Source: Octopus vulgaris
Taxonomy: Eukaryota
DNA length: 64,000 bases
Reading direction: 5' to 3'
NCBI GenBank assembly: GCA_951406725.2
Contig: OX597818.1
Coordinates: 44,082,001-44,146,000, forward strand
Shown: positions 39,608 through 53,711 of the stretch, one piece after another
Layout: every line of letters starts with the position of its first letter
Position numbering within the stretch: position 1 is the first letter of the stretch
Notes under the pieces: generated by a model
What the model was told of the DNA's origin: nothing
Seen by the model: the letters and a program-made list of their open reading frames with translations, nothing else
Databases searched by the model: none
Made by a program: the position numbers and the translations under genes

Positions 39608-40497
39608 TCATCATCGTTTAACATCCGCTTTCCATGCTAGCACGGGTTGGACGATTTTGACTGAGGGCTGGCGAACCAGATGGCTGCACCAGGCTCCAAT
39701 CTTGATTTGGCAGAGTTTCTACAGCTGGATGCCCTTCCTAACGCTAACCACTCTGTGAGTGTAGTGGGTGCTGTTTACGTGCCACCGGCATGGGGGCCAG
39801 TCTGGCGGTACTGGCAATGACTTTGCTCAAATCCTTTTACACATGCCACCAGCACAAGTGCCAGTAAGGCGACGCTGGTAACGATCATGCTCGAATGGTG
39901 CCCGTGGTACATAAAAGTACACTTATATTGTTGGCAGATGAGAATTGTCTAGATCAAGTGATTTCAATGTACTGTGTCTCTTCACTGACAGCTGTCTGCT
40001 TGATGCATATCAGCGAAAGTCTCACTGCCAATGATACATCAAATTATAGTGACTTTACAGGCACTGATGTTGCAGGTAGCTGGCAGGCTTGTTAAAAAAT
40101 AATGACAAGCAGTATTAATATCAAAAGGTAATCATCATCATCATTGTTTAACATCCGCTTTCCATGGGTTGGACGATTTGACTGAGGACTGGCAAACTAG
40201 ATGGCTGCACCAGGCTCCAGTCTTAATATGGCCTAGTTTCTACAGCTGGATGCCCTTCCTAATGCCAACCACTCCGAGAGTGTAGTGGGTGCTTTAACCT
40301 GCCACCTGCACGAGGGCCAGTCAGGCGTTACTGGCAACGACCATGAAAAAAAAATTTTTTTTTTTACATGTCACCGGCACAAGCGCCAGTAAGGCGATGC
40401 TGGTAACGATCACGCTCGAATGGTGCTTTTTATGCGCCACCGGCACGGAAGCCAGTTAGCCGCTCTGGCAACCATCACGCTTGGATGGTGCTCTTAG
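39608..40497 (-). mobile_element. Two (ATG)n-tailed module copies (~39608-39912, ~40131-40497) in the piggyBac 3' region
   Basis: (CAT)n tails and core motif. Confidence 0.88.
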
Positions 40498-42559
40498 AAC
40501 ACTAAATACCACAGTATTTGGTGTTCTAACAAAATAAGTTGGATATAAAGATTGCTTTTTGGTATAAGTACTACTTCTTTCACTAATAATTAGTGAAAAT
40601 TTAAATGCAAGGTAACTTCTGTACACAAAATTTTATTGAAAAAGAATGTAAACTAAACTATATGCATTAATGGGTTAAGCAATTTTTGCTTTTACTTGCT
40701 AGTTCTGGAGGCAGGGTCAGTGTTCATAGCATTTGTAGACTTCCTAGACCAGTGAGATCAATGCCATTAATGCTTCCCTTGAACCTTTGAGAAATATGAG
40801 TGGAGAGAGAATTCAAAAAAGTCAACTTTCTGGGGAGGAAGGACAGGGCATAGTAGTTAGTATGGAGTCAGGATGGTTGGACACATGATGGAAATAAGAG
40901 AGACAGGTATGACTGGAATGTCTGAGTCAGGTAGCAGTAGGTCAACCATCTCTAAGGAGCAGAGGCCATTATAATTGCAATAGAAAAGAGACAGAGAGTG
41001 GAGACAGTGTGCTGGTAACCAGAAGCTGGGATGTCTGTGTGCATCAGTAGTGCTTATCCGAAAAGAAGGGTTAATCATTGGGATGCTTGATTTACATCTT
41101 TGTTATGTGAAATAAGAGACCCCTTAATTGATAAATAGGTGATTGGATGTAAAATGATGCCTCAGTTGTAGTCATCAACCCACACAAGCATGGAACACTG
41201 GACATGCTAAGGATGTGCTTTTACCAAGAGAGATCACATTTTGGTAGTGATTTTGAGGACCCCTTCAGAGTGCTGCAATTAATTAAGAATGAATGTTGTG
41301 TGATGTGTTTTTGATATCAGTGGTGTTTGTATTTTTCTTGCTGTTGCGACAAAATTGTCCAGGTCTCTGTTCATCATCATCATCATTCTCATTTAATGTG
41401 CATCTTCCATGCTGGCATGGTTTGGACAGTTTGACAGGATCTAGTGTGTCCGAGGACTGCATTAAGCTCCAAGTTCTGCTTTAACATAACTTTTACAGCT
41501 GGATGCCCTTCCTGCTGCCAACCAATTTGCAGCATGGACCAGGTGCTTTTTTTTGTACCATCTGCATCATTGAGGCTGCCATGCAGTTCACAGGACTACA
41601 AACCTTAGGTACAAGGGTGGGATGAACTTTATGCTAGGGGACAAGAGGAAACACTATGAGAGGGTGGGGCAGAGGGTTTTGCATGATTACTCACATCTAG
41701 TAGGGGTAAAGTGTGGGGGAAGAAAAAAAATGATCAGTAGGAACTGCAAGACATAGCTAATAGCAACAAGTGTCCAAGTGGCCCCACAAGGCTCAAGCTA
41801 AGTAGAAGTTCGTGGGTGATTTTCAAACTTGTATGAGAAGTGAATGAGGGCTGAGGAGGTAGGCTGCCAAAATGGGTAGGGTTGAAGAGAGGATAAGATA
41901 AGAGCCGTGAGCTGGGGATGATAGAGAGATGCAGAAGAGTGGGGGTAGCAACTAGCAAGAATAGAAAGATGTAGTTGCTGGTAGGGAGGACAAGAGAGTA
42001 GGGGTAAGTATAGTGCATGAGGTAAGGGGAGTCACAAATAGGTAGAGATGTACAGCACTTCCAGAACTCATTTTTGGCTGAGGAGGGTGCGTCTTCATAG
42101 ATATCGATATTTAATAGGTTTTATTTCTATATCCCACAAAAGAATGATCTAAGCATTTAATTTATTTGGAACTTTTTCATTCTCTATATTATGTCAAGCT
42201 ATCTACTTGTTTATTTTACATCTGGATTCCTTTCCTGTTGCTAACCTTTAAGTGGGGGATCTCTTATTTCACATGTCTTATTTCACAAAGATGTAAAGCA
42301 AGCAGAAATGTCAACAACAATACTACCTGTAGCAACTGTCATAGAGCACAAATGTAAAAACACAGACATGCACACACAAGTACACACTCACACACACGTA
42401 TATATATATATCCACTTAAGGTTTTTTTGTCTTCCAAATTCACTCTTATGGCTTTGGTCTGCCTGGGATGAGAGTAAAAGACACTACCTAAGGTACAAAG
42501 TTGGAATAAACCCATGTGGTTGTGAAGCAAACTTTTTAACCATACCTATGCTTTCTTGT

Positions 42560-42815
42560 GGAGGCGCATGACTTAGTGGTTAGGGTGTCAGCATCATGAT
42601 GGTAAGATTGTGGTTTCGATTCCTGGACCGGGCGACGCGTTGTGTTCTTGAGTAAAACACTTCATTTCACGTTGCTCCAGTCCACTCAGCTGGCAAAAAT
42701 GAGTAACGCTGCGATGGACTGGTGTCCCATCCAGCTGGAGAACACATACGCCATAGAAACCGGGAAACTGGGCCCATGAGCCTGGCTAGGCTTTAAAAGG
42801 GCGCATTTATTTATT
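42560..42815 (+). mobile_element. tRNA-derived SINE (GGAGGCGCATG family)
   Basis: A/B boxes and (TTTA)-type tail. Other copies at 1-135 (+, partial) and 57895-58139 (-). Confidence 0.88.
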
Positions 42816-42859
42816 ATGCCTTTTTAACTACATAGTCATGAATAAATACTGTGAAGAAT

Positions 42860-44055
42860 TCTACAAAGTTTTGGGATTTTAAACTTCTTGAATCTTTTGA
42901 GGTCCATTCCAGAAGCTTTGAGACTTTTTTAGGAGAGGCAGTTATAACTGTTCTAGATTGTTGTAGTTTTAGTGTATCTTTATTATACATCTAATAAGCT
43001 GACCGGCCAACTTTTTCTTATTTCAGATTGAAGGAAACAACTGTAATAGCACTTTGAACACACCTTCCTGATCACTGGTTGTCCCAGCTGACTAGTTTGC
43101 AGAATGCATTTGGGATTTGAAGACAATTTGGAAGCTTGCTATTCAATAAAGTTTTGTGTTAAACTGGCTAAAATTGTTCGGAAAACTTATGAAATACACT
43201 AAAACCGAGTATCTGTTTTTTCAGTGGCATGAGGTCAAGGACACGTGAGAGACAATGAGAAATGTGGTAGGGAGAGAGTTGTTGGAACATCTGAGCTAGT
43301 TGAGAAAGTTTGCAATTTTCTGAATGAAGATCATTATGTGTCTATGAAGACACTAAGCATGTAGTCTGGAATTGGTGTGACAACTGTACACAGAATTTGT
43401 ACAAAGTTTGTTCCTAGGGTGGTCAGTGATAAACAGGGAAAGGGAAAAGTGTGTTGGTGACAGTAGGAAGATGGTTGAATTCATTACCTCCAGTCCAAGA
43501 GAACACGAGTCTCTGGTAGCCTGTGATGAAAGCTGAATCTACTGACATGATCCAAAGACCAAGAGTGTCCAATGGAAGCATCCTGGCTCCCCCATCCCTC
43601 TGACCAGGGGGGCCAACAAGTAGTACTTTGTGAAAGATTTGAGGGAGTTCAGGAAAAGATTTTGTTGCAAAAGGCCAAAGCGCTTCCACTTGGGTCAGTG
43701 GCACCTGCACCAAGATAATGCACCATTCCACAATTCCATGCTGGTAAGCAACTATTTGACAAGGATGGGCATCAAAACTGTCCCTCACCCACCCTACAGT
43801 CCAGACCATCTCCTTGTGGCTTTTGCTTGTTTCCCAAGCTGAAGGAGAACCTCAGGGGCAATTGTTTTGAAGGTATAGGAAGATGAAGGAGGTTGTGACA
43901 AAAAGTCCTGGACACCTTCACTTTGGATGACTTCCATGAGGCCTTCATGTAGTGGCTGGAGTGCTACATGTGCATTGAAGTTAGAAGATTTTACTTTGAA
44001 GAAAATTGTTTGTACTTCAATAAATGTCTCCTGAAAAATTCTGGAATACTTATTC
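42860..44055 (+). mobile_element. Degenerate mariner transposon
   Basis: IKFCVKLAK N-terminal motif and WHLHQDNAPFH...TVPHPPYSPD; multiple frameshifts. Confidence 0.88.
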
Positions 44056-44080
44056 TTTGTAAGCCTAGTACTTATTCTAT

Positions 44081-44468
44081 GGAGGCGCAATGACCCAGTG
44101 GTTAGGGCAGCGGACTCGCGGTCATAGGATCGCGGTTTCGATTCCCAGACCGGGCGTTGTGAGTGTTTATTGAGCGAAAACACCTAAAAGCTCCACGAGG
44201 CTCCGGCAGGGGATGGTGGTGATCCCTGCTGTAATCTTTCACCACAACTTTCTCTCACTCTTACTTCCTGTTTCTGTTGTACCTGTATTTTCAAGGGGCC
44301 GGCCTTGTCACTCTCTGTGTCATGCTGAATATCCCCGAGAACTACGTTAAGGGTGCATGTGTCTGTGGAGTGCTCAGCCACTTACACGTTAATTTCACGA
44401 GCAGGCTGTTCCGTTGATTCGGATCAACCGGAACCCTCATCGTCGTAACCGACGGAGTGCTTCCATCC
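44081..44468 (+). mobile_element. tRNA-derived SINE (GGAGGCGCAATG family), young full-length copy
   Basis: A-box TGACCCAGTGG, B-box GGTTTCGATTCC; 11-bp TSD ACTTATTCTAT; nested in another SINE. Relatives at 59956-60266 (-), 48993-49268 (-) and 49279-49440 (+). Confidence 0.9.
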
Positions 44469-46696
44469 ACTTATTCTATCGGTCTCTTTTGCTGAACCGC
44501 TATGTTACAGGGACATAAACACACTCGCGTTGGTTGTCAAGCGATGTTGGGGGGACAAACATACACACACTTACATGTATATATATATATGACGGGCTTC
44601 TTTCAGTTTCCGTCTTCCAAATCCACTCACAAGGCTTTGGTTTGCTCGAGGCTATAGTAGAAGACACTTGCCCAAGGTGTCACGCAGTGGGACCGAACTT
44701 GGAACCATGTGGTTGGTAAGCAAGCTACTTACCACATAGTCACTCCTATGCATACATCATATATATATATATCATCATCATCATCATCATATATATATAT
44801 AAATATGATGATTGATTCTCTTGTTGTGAACAACAAATGTAAATAGTAAAATAAAGCAGTAATCATGTTCTATGGACACACATGTGCCTCTTGAGGCCTG
44901 CTTGTGTCTTGCAAACCTTTTAGTAAATGGAACAAGTTGAGGGCTCAGTTTGCTCAAGTGCTTGTGGATCATTCACTATGTGTTTTCTTGAGTGGACAAC
45001 AAGGTCTGCTTTGCTTCATGCCACAAAACCACAATGACAGGTAAGGTTTTCATTTAGAGGAACAGCATTTTGCCCATGTGCCTTCATGCTTGCATAAAGT
45101 TGGTGTCAACTTTGCTGAAATATATGAAATATATATATATACGATGTAAAAGAGAAAGAAAAATGTTACATCAAAACTTATTATTTCCAGTGATTACAAA
45201 ATAGCCACTTTGTCCCCTTAGTAATTCTTCATCACATGATTGAATGAATGCTTTCTTATAAGAAGCTGCAAACTTTTTCCAACCAAAGATTGATCAGAAA
45301 AAAATGTTTTGTTAAACATAGTTTCTGCAGTAGGCTATGTATTCATTTATCTGATGAAGGGATATGACATCAATAGAAGCATACTGTAAATTCTTAGTAA
45401 GTTGGATTGTGTGAGGAGGTTCATCATACCCATGAGAATATTAGGAGTACTTAGAAAATGAACCTTGAGGGCACTGTCTTTCCATAAAATTCCAGGCATT
45501 CAGTGTTGTAGTTGTCACTTCATTCATGTGCTGTTGGAACATCTCTACATTTAAATACTTAGTCAATTATGTAAATGTGTTGGATTAGAACTGGCTATAC
45601 TGGCATCAAAATGAAAATTGTTCCAGTACAGTTTCAATAGTCTGGCCATTTCGTTTGTGTAGACTAAACCAGAATCTTCCAGTAGCTGTGAAATGACAGT
45701 TGGAATAATCTAAAGAAAAACATAAAAGATAGATCTGAAGACATCCTGCTTTCATAAGTATAGCAGACTTGATCAGGAAGGAATGGTAAGCTATGAAATT
45801 GATCACTTTACTGCTGCTTATAGTTTACACCAGAGCTGCATCTACTCTTGCAACTGTCTGCATGTATTGGTTTACATTATCACATATTTACTTTTGACTG
45901 TGTATCATCTCCGATGACTCAAGAAAACAAGAAGAAATCTGGCATTGTATACAAGCTTTGGCATTGAGAGTTACACAAATACTAGAATTGGGTGCCACTG
46001 CAGAGTGCCAAGGACTCCAAATTTGCCATCAAGATGTAGGACAAGATACTGTGATAGCCTGGGCTTCGAGGTCCACAGCTCTTCAATATCCTCCTGAAGG
46101 ACCTGAGAGACCTGCATGGGGTGGATGCAGATGTCTTTAAAATAAAACTGGATCTCTTCCTGTCAGGTGTCCCGGATGAACCAACTTCGCGGCAGGAGGA
46201 GCAGATGGGGGCAGCTGCATCAAACTCTCATGCACCAAATGTCAATTGCTAAAAAGCATTTGTGAAGTAAAATCATGTAGCAACACCGAATGGCAGTGCC
46301 CCAGCATGGCCACAGCTCGTGAGCTGAAACTAGATAAAATAAAAATAAAAAGGGAATATATATAGATATTCTCTATTGATATATATATGCATGCATACAC
46401 AAATAATTGGAATGGTGGTGTTAGCAGAAAGAAGAGTTAATAGTGGTCAACTGCTGAAAAATGCATCATCATTTAATGTGCACTTTGCTATGGTTGCATG
46501 GGTCAGATGAAATTTCTTGAGACAGATGCCCTTCCTGTTAGCAACTCTCACCTGTTTGTAAGCAAGGTTATGTTTCCCCATGACTAAGCTTGTTTTCATG
46601 GAAGACTGGATATAGACATCACTTGTATGATGATGATGCTTTTTTACAACCATCATCTGATGTTATGGCAAGGGTACACTTACATACACACACATA

Positions 46697-46911
46697 CGTG
46701 ATGGTGCTGAAACCTTCCTGGCCTTGGGTAAAAGAAAATACAGAAGGATCGGTTGATTATGATTTTATTCAACATATTCCTGTCACAGATTCACACATAT
46801 TGCTGTGATGCTTTAGTTTTTCTAAGCCCTGTAAAAGAACTTGGAAGGTTGGGACCCCAACCAAGCTTTTTGCAATACCCTTAACGCCAGGAACTTTTCA
46901 GCACCCCCTTG
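46697..46911. mobile_element. mariner-type MITE
   Basis: TA flanks; TIR GGTGCTGAAA..TTCCTGGC / GCCAGGAACTTTTCAGCACC. Confidence 0.8.
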
Positions 46912-47251
46912 TATGCCATGAGCATCTTTCAATTTCTGTCTGCCAAATCCACTCACAAGGTTTTAGTATGTCAGGGCTATAGTCGAAGGCCCCAGCTCAT
47001 GATACCACACAGTGGGACTGAACCCAGAACGAAGTAGTTGGTAAGCCTTTCGACCACACAGCCATATCCATGCCAATCTGTGTGATTGAAAGGTTTGTGT
47101 ATGGATACTAGCTATACACTGAAACATACACAAAAGTCTAAAACTACATCTGGGCTAAGACCTGACAAGAATAGGTAACTGAAAGATGAGAGGAACAGGT
47201 AATGAGATTGAATAGTTGAGTGTGGGTTTTGAACAATGGAACCCCTGAGAA

Positions 47252-47383
47252 CAGGGCTGGCCTTAAGCCAATTGGATTTTTGTATTTTTATGATTCTATA
47301 GACCTTGGTGCAAGTTGACTGGGAACCTGGAGCCCTCCAAAATTGTTCCCAACTGGGCCTTGCACCTCCTAAGGCTGGCCCTG
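47252..47383. mobile_element. hAT-type MITE
   Basis: TIR CAGGGCTGGCCTTA / TAAGGCTGGCCCTG; 8-bp TSD CCTGAGAA / CATGAGAA. Confidence 0.8.
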
Positions 47384-47769
47384 CATGAGAAAGTCTATGG
47401 ATTCTGCTATTTCCTTTCCATTACATTAAAAAAAAATGAGAACTTAATTTATAACAAGAATATAAAATTGACCATTAAGGCAGAAATATGTAAGACTGAA
47501 GAGGGAATTTATGACTCAGAACTTTGCTTATATGTCGGGGGTAAAGAAAGATGCATATTTATTTCTAGTGTTAAGGTTTCCAGGTTGAATACATGAACTT
47601 ATTACTTTTGTTTAACCAAGTCACATGAGTTTAGAGAGTTGATCAATAAACAAAAGATCATGTGATTAGTGAAGTCAGCTGACAAAATATATTTTTGAAA
47701 TATTCTAGTCGTATATAACAGGTGGTAGAGTCTACAAGAGATTAAATAAACGATATTTTCATTGACATC

Positions 47770-48329
47770 AAAAATCAATGGAAATTGTAGTTGTGATCCC
47801 TGTGCCGGTGGCATGTAAAAAGCACCATCCGAATGTGGCCGATGCCAGCACCATCTGAACGTGGTCGATGCCAGCGCTGCCTTGACTGGCTTCTGTGTCG
47901 GTGGCACATAAAAAGCACCATCTGAACGTGGCCGATGCCAGCACCACCTTGACTGGCTTCTGTGCCGGTGGCACGTAAAAAGCACCATCCGAACGTGGCC
48001 AATGCCGGCACCACCTTGACTGGCTTCTGTGCTGGTGGCACATAAAAAGCACTGTCTGAACGTGGCCGATGCCAGTGCCGCTTTGACTGGCTTCCGTGTC
48101 GGTGGCACATAAAAAGCACCAATCCGATCATGGTCGTTGCCAGCCTCGCCTGGCACGTACAAAGCACCCACTACACTCACAGAGTGGTTGGCATTAGGAA
48201 GGGCATCCAGCTGTAGAAACACTGCCAGATCAAACTGGGGCCTGGTACAGCCTTCTGGCTTTCCAGATCCTGGTCAAACCGTCCAACCCATGCTAGCATG
48301 GAAAACGGACGTTAAACGATGATGATGAT
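47770..48329 (+). mobile_element. (ATG)n-tailed module with an expanded internal ~66-bp tandem array
   Basis: About 5-6 repeats of GTGGCAC.TAAAAAGCACCATC.GAACGTGGCCGATGCCAG, then the core and tail. Confidence 0.9.
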
Positions 48330-49750
48330 ATTGAAAGTATTAGTGCTTATATAACCCTGTAATTGAAACCAGTTATATCTTGAAGGCATACAAACTAATA
48401 TACTGGAACATACAAATGTCTCAGTGTTGCTTCAATAGATGATAAGATGCATCATCGTTTTAATGTCCACTTTTCTATTCTTGCATGAGTTGGATGAAGT
48501 TTATTGAGGCAGAGTATAATCCAATGCTATTCCTCTCACCAACCCTCATCTGTGCTTTTTTTCATGCTGCTATATAAGTTGCCCTGTAACTTGCAAGACA
48601 AAGGTAAAAGAAAAGGCCCCATTGACTGAGTGGAAGTGTATTTAAGAGAGGTGGGTAGGCTTTATGCTAAGTGTTCAAGGCTAAAGTATGATAGAGGGAC
48701 AAGTACATGTATCTTGCTATAGAGGTGATACATGACTACACCACATCATGTGAAGGTTGATAGCTGGAAGGAAGATAAAGATGGTTGTGACGGAGTGCCA
48801 GAGTGTACTCTTAAGGTACAAGAAGGTAAGTATAAGGGAGAATATAATCTGTGGATCAAGAGGGAAGAAACGTTAGCATGCTGGGCAAAATGCTTAGCAG
48901 TATTTTGTACAGCTGTCTTCATATATATACATACATACCCATACCAGCATGGAAGGCAGACATTAAGCAATGATGATGATGATATATATATATCACCAAG
49001 ACTGACCAGGCTATCAGATGTTGCTACACATCGCTGGTCACAATGCGCTTTGCATTGTTTTAGCCTTCAAATGATGCCACTCCACTGGCTAAGTGAGCAG
49101 GCCTACAGAAGAAAGAGTAATAGATAGTTGTGGCAAAAGAGTACAGCAGGGATCACTACCAATCCCTGCCAGAACCTCGTGGAGCTTTAGGTGTTTTTGC
49201 TCAATAAACATTCACAACGCCTGGCCTGGGGATCGAAACCGCGAGTCCGCTGCCCTAACCACTGGGCCATATATATGTGGAGGCGCAATAGCCCAGTGGT
49301 TAGGGCAGCGGACTCGCGGTTGTAGGATTGTGGTTTTGATTCCCAGACCGGGGTGGTGTCATTTGAAGGCTAAAACAATGCAAATGGCATTGTGACCAGC
49401 GATGTTGTAGCAACATCTGATAGCCTGGCCGATCATGGTGATATATATATGTCTGCCTTCCATGCTGGCATGGGTATGTATGTATATATATGAGGACAGC
49501 TGTACAAAATTCTAATTGCTTAAAGTGGATGGAACTTGTGGAAAAGAGAGACCCAGGAAGATGTGAGACAAAGTGGTGAGAGCTAATCTCAAGATGTTGA
49601 GCCACATGAATGAAATAAGGGATTGAGATGAGGTGGCAATTTGCTGTTCACAAGAGGACCTATCCATCACAGTGAAAGAGATCCTAAAAGTATTATTATA
49701 TATATATATAAAAGTATTATTATATTATATATAAAAGTATTACATATATA

Positions 49751-50147
49751 GGTGCAGGAGTGGCTGTGTGGTAAGTAGCTTGTTTACCAACCACATGGTT
49801 CCGGGTTCAGTCCCACTGTGTGGCACCTTGGGTAAGTGTCTTCTACTATAGCCTCAGGCTGACCAAAGCCTTGTGAGTGGATTTGGTAGATGGAAACTGA
49901 AAGAAGCCTGTCGTATATATGTATATATATATATATGCGTGTGTGTTTGTGTCTGTGTTTGTCCCCCTAGCATTGCTTGACAACCGATGCTGGTGTGTTT
50001 ATGTCCCTGTTACTTAGCGGTTTGGCAAAAGAGACCGATAGAATAAGTACTGGGCTTACAAAAAAAGAATAAGTCCCGGGGTCGAGTTGCTCGATTAAAG
50101 GCGGTGCTCCAGCATGGCCGCAGTCAAATGACTGAAACAAGTAAAAA
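49751..50147 (+). mobile_element. SINE with central (TA)/(TG) microsatellite (GGAGTGGCTGTGTGGTAAG family)
   Basis: tRNA-like head GGTTCAGTCCC and AAGTAAAAGA tail. Other copies at ~3590-3985, 9672-10430, 21580-21830, 44050-44750 (-) and 60270-60570. Confidence 0.88.
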
Positions 50148-52195
50148 GATATATATATATATATATAGTTAAAGTCTTTGCCAATACCAAAAGCAACAAT
50201 GTTCAAAATTCTCCAGGCAAGAAAAAATTAGTGTGACATGAAATAGTAAATCTCTGGTTGCCCTGGCTGTAAAGAAACAACTGGTGGTAACTGAAGAGAA
50301 AAAGAGACTGAAAATAATAATGAACATTGATTATTTATGACATGCCCTTGTAGATGTTGGGAGTAGTGGTAGTAGTAGGGGAGATGTGTTTGTAGTTGGT
50401 AAGGTCAGAGTGGTTGCTTTTTTTGAAGATAGCATACACTGTCACAAGGTTCTGCTTGTTGTAATTGATATCCTTTGAGAGAGACTGTGAGATACTGGAA
50501 TGTTTAATAAGGATAGCAGACTTTTGATCCAATAATCGAAATAAAATTATGTCGGTGCTTTGAATACTGCAGTAACAAACTACTCATCAGTGACTCATAG
50601 ATGTTTTCTTCCTCTTCTATTTTCTAACAACATTGAAAGCAGATGGCTTCTATGCCAGAACATGTCCATATCTTGTAGACCTAGGTAACAATATTAGGCT
50701 AGTGAAAGGTGGTGAGCTAGCAGAAACGTTAGCACGCCGGGTGGAATGCTTAGCAGTATTTCGTCTGCCGTTACGTTCTGAGTTCAAATTCTGCCGAGGT
50801 CAACATTGCCTTTTATCCTTTCGGGGTCGATAAATTAAGTACCAGTTATGAAATGGGGTCGATGTAATCAACTTAATCCCTTTGTCCCTCCATGTTTAAC
50901 CCCTTGTGGGTTATAAAAAAATAAGAAACATTAGCAGGCCAAGTAAAATGCTTAGCAGTATTTTGTCTGTCTTTATGTTCTGAGTTCAAATTCCGTTGAG
51001 GTCAACTTTGCTTTTCATCCTTTTGAGGTCGATAAATTAAGTACCAGTTGTGTACTGAGGTTGATCTAATTGGCTGGACCTCTCCCCCCAAATTTCAGGC
51101 CTTGTGCCTTGAATAGAAAAAAATATTAGGCTAATGATATATGATTCATTTCCATTTTTTTTTTTTTTGTCTTTATTTGATTATGCTAATGGTCTGTAGG
51201 ATTATCAGTTTTTGCTATGTATACATTGGATACTGAAATGGAGTGTGGAACCCACTACAAGGCCCAATCTGTTCTATCCTTCTTCTTGAGCTACTCCTAC
51301 CTTACCCTTCTGCATACTGGCATTTCCCATCATTTGCATCCCCAACCTTTTTAATCATTTGCTACACTAACCTCTCCAGACACCTGTTTATTTCCTCCTC
51401 ACACTCTTATGAAAACATTCGCTCTCTCATCTCTTCCTATAATCCACAACCCTTGTCCTCTCTGATGCTCACATTCTTGTTCCTGTGCCACTAGAGTTTG
51501 CTCTAGCATCCCTTCACTACTTTTCTCTTGATCTCCTTCAGCCATACATCTCCTGTCTAGCAAGATGCCTGTGCTTATCCTCTATCATATTTTAGTCTTT
51601 CAACACCTGATATACACCCATTCACCTCCATCTTCTGCTCCCAAAAACTTCTTAGTAGTGGAAGCTTTTTCTTCCCTTTCTTTCTTCTCTTTCTCTGTTC
51701 TTTTCTGTCTTACAAATTACACAAGAACCTTACTAGTGGTGGTGAATCAAAAAAAGCACTCTGCAAAGCAGCTGGCATTTGGAAGGACATCCAGCTGTAG
51801 GAACCATGCCAGATATGACGTTGAAGATTGATGCAGCCTGGAAGCTCATTGGTTCCCTATCAAATCATCCTGCTCATATCAACATGGAAAGTGGACATTA
51901 AATAATAATGATGAGATGAAATTTATTATAATCATAGATAATGTTATCATTCAATTATTGCTATCAATATTAGCGGGTCCCGAACTCTTTATTTACACAA
52001 TGTAATCAACTGATTATTGTCATTAAAAATTTTTTATAAGTGTTATCTCATTAAGCAACTTTCACAGCTTATAGTTTTAGCAGCATAAAATAACAAAATT
52101 GTGACTGTAACATCTCCATTTTTTTTTTCATGACATAGCCAATCTGCTGATGTTTTGAATTAACTCAATTCTACCAGATGTGAGTATTCATTGAA

Positions 52196-52428
52196 GGCGG
52201 TGAGCTGGCAGAAACGTTAACATACTGGGAAAAATGCATAGTGGTATTTCGGCTGCCACTTACATTCTCAGTTCAAATTCCGCCGAGGTCGACTTTGCCT
52301 TTCATCCTTTCAGGGTCGCTTAAATAAGTACCAGTTATGCACTGGGGTCGATATAGTCGACTTAATCCATTTGTCTGTCCTTGTTTGTCCCTTCTGTGTG
52401 TAGCTCCTTGTGGGCAATAAAGAAATAA
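52196..52428 (+). mobile_element. SINE (GGCGGTGAGCTGGCAGAAAC family)
   Basis: GAGTTCAAATTCC B-box-like motif. Copies at ~23900-24060, 50708-51120 (two), 56920-57145 (-) and 62090-62420. Confidence 0.88.
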
Positions 52429-52687
52429 GATGTGAGTTTTCAAATCTGGAATATTGTAGTCAGCAAAGAAAACGGTACTGCTGCGTATTCAAGGGTTTCC
52501 TTCAATGTTATCCAATGTGGGGTTTATCTATCAGAGAAGCTCATATATACATAGACGTATGTGACACATACATGCCAAAGTTGCAGATGAAATATGACAA
52601 ATCAATGTAGATGTGTGTGTGTGCATGTATGAGTGAGTGAGTGTATGTATGTGTGTATATATGTATACACACACATACATATATATA

Positions 52688-53510
52688 CAGGGTGCTGTGA
52701 AAAAAACTTGTATAAATTACGCAAAAATGAAAATAATACCGACATCTTATTTTAACAGATATATTTACCAGAATTACGTTAAAATATTTTGAAATGCTAA
52801 AGGGTAAATTTATTTAATAAAATCACCATTGGCTTCAACCACAGCCTCCAGATGACTTTGGAATCTCCTGAAACTCTTCATGTTTAAGTTGGTAAATGCT
52901 GCCATAATCCTTGCCTTCATTTCATCTTTGATGTTACAAGGAGTTTTGTTGATCTCTCACTCAACTGTACTCCACACATAATAATCAAGGGGGTTGCAGT
53001 CTGGAGAGTTAAGTGTTCAGATGTCAGGGGTGATGTGGTTGCAGAAATTGTCTGACAGCCATGACTGGATTCTCCTGCTTGTGTGGCATGGTGCAGAGTC
53101 CTGTTGCTAGACACAGGGTCTTCCAGCAGCCACCCTGTTGACCCAGAGCAGCACTACCTCCTCCAGACACTTGATGTAGGCCTCTGTGTTGAGTGTAAGG
53201 CCGTGTGGGAAGATCACTTCAAACACCATGTTGTTGACTGGATGTTTGATTTTTGTCACTCTAGGTGCAAGTCCTTAGATTGACACCCAAACACTCTGAA
53301 ATATTCATTTTGGAGCTTCTGGCATGAATGCCAAGCAATACAGCATGTCATTTCCAAATTTCTGGCAGAGTGAATTGCATCATGGTGCTGTTTTTCTCAC
53401 AGATGGTGCTGAACTGAGATTACCATGCTGTGTAGTCAACAAAATCAAAAACAATGTGCATGTGCAAAATTAAGAATATAAAATGGCGACAATTTACCCA
53501 TCACACCTTG
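52688..53510 (-). mobile_element. Internally deleted Tc1/mariner (maT-like) element
   Basis: TA|CAGGGTG...CACCTTG|TA ends and NSPDCNPLDYYVWSTVE. A related + strand fragment (WPANSPNLNPMDYYV) lies at ~25640-25900. Confidence 0.8.
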
Positions 53511-53637
53511 TATATACATATATATATACATACATATATACATAAACACACACACACAGATATATATATATATATAGAGAGAGAGATTAAGAGATAGATA
53601 GATAGACAGATATATATCTGTCTATCTATCTATCTCT

Positions 53638-53711
<74 letters not shown>

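Noticed and set aside
44081-44156. tRNA gene (also 42560, 49279, 60266)
   Set aside because: tRNA-like heads continue into SINE bodies with tails and TSDs; no convincing cloverleaf with terminator.
47770-48170. CRISPR-like repeat/spacer appearance
   Set aside because: The intervening segments are mutually homologous, it is the internal tandem array of a retroposon, the context is eukaryotic, and there are no cas genes.
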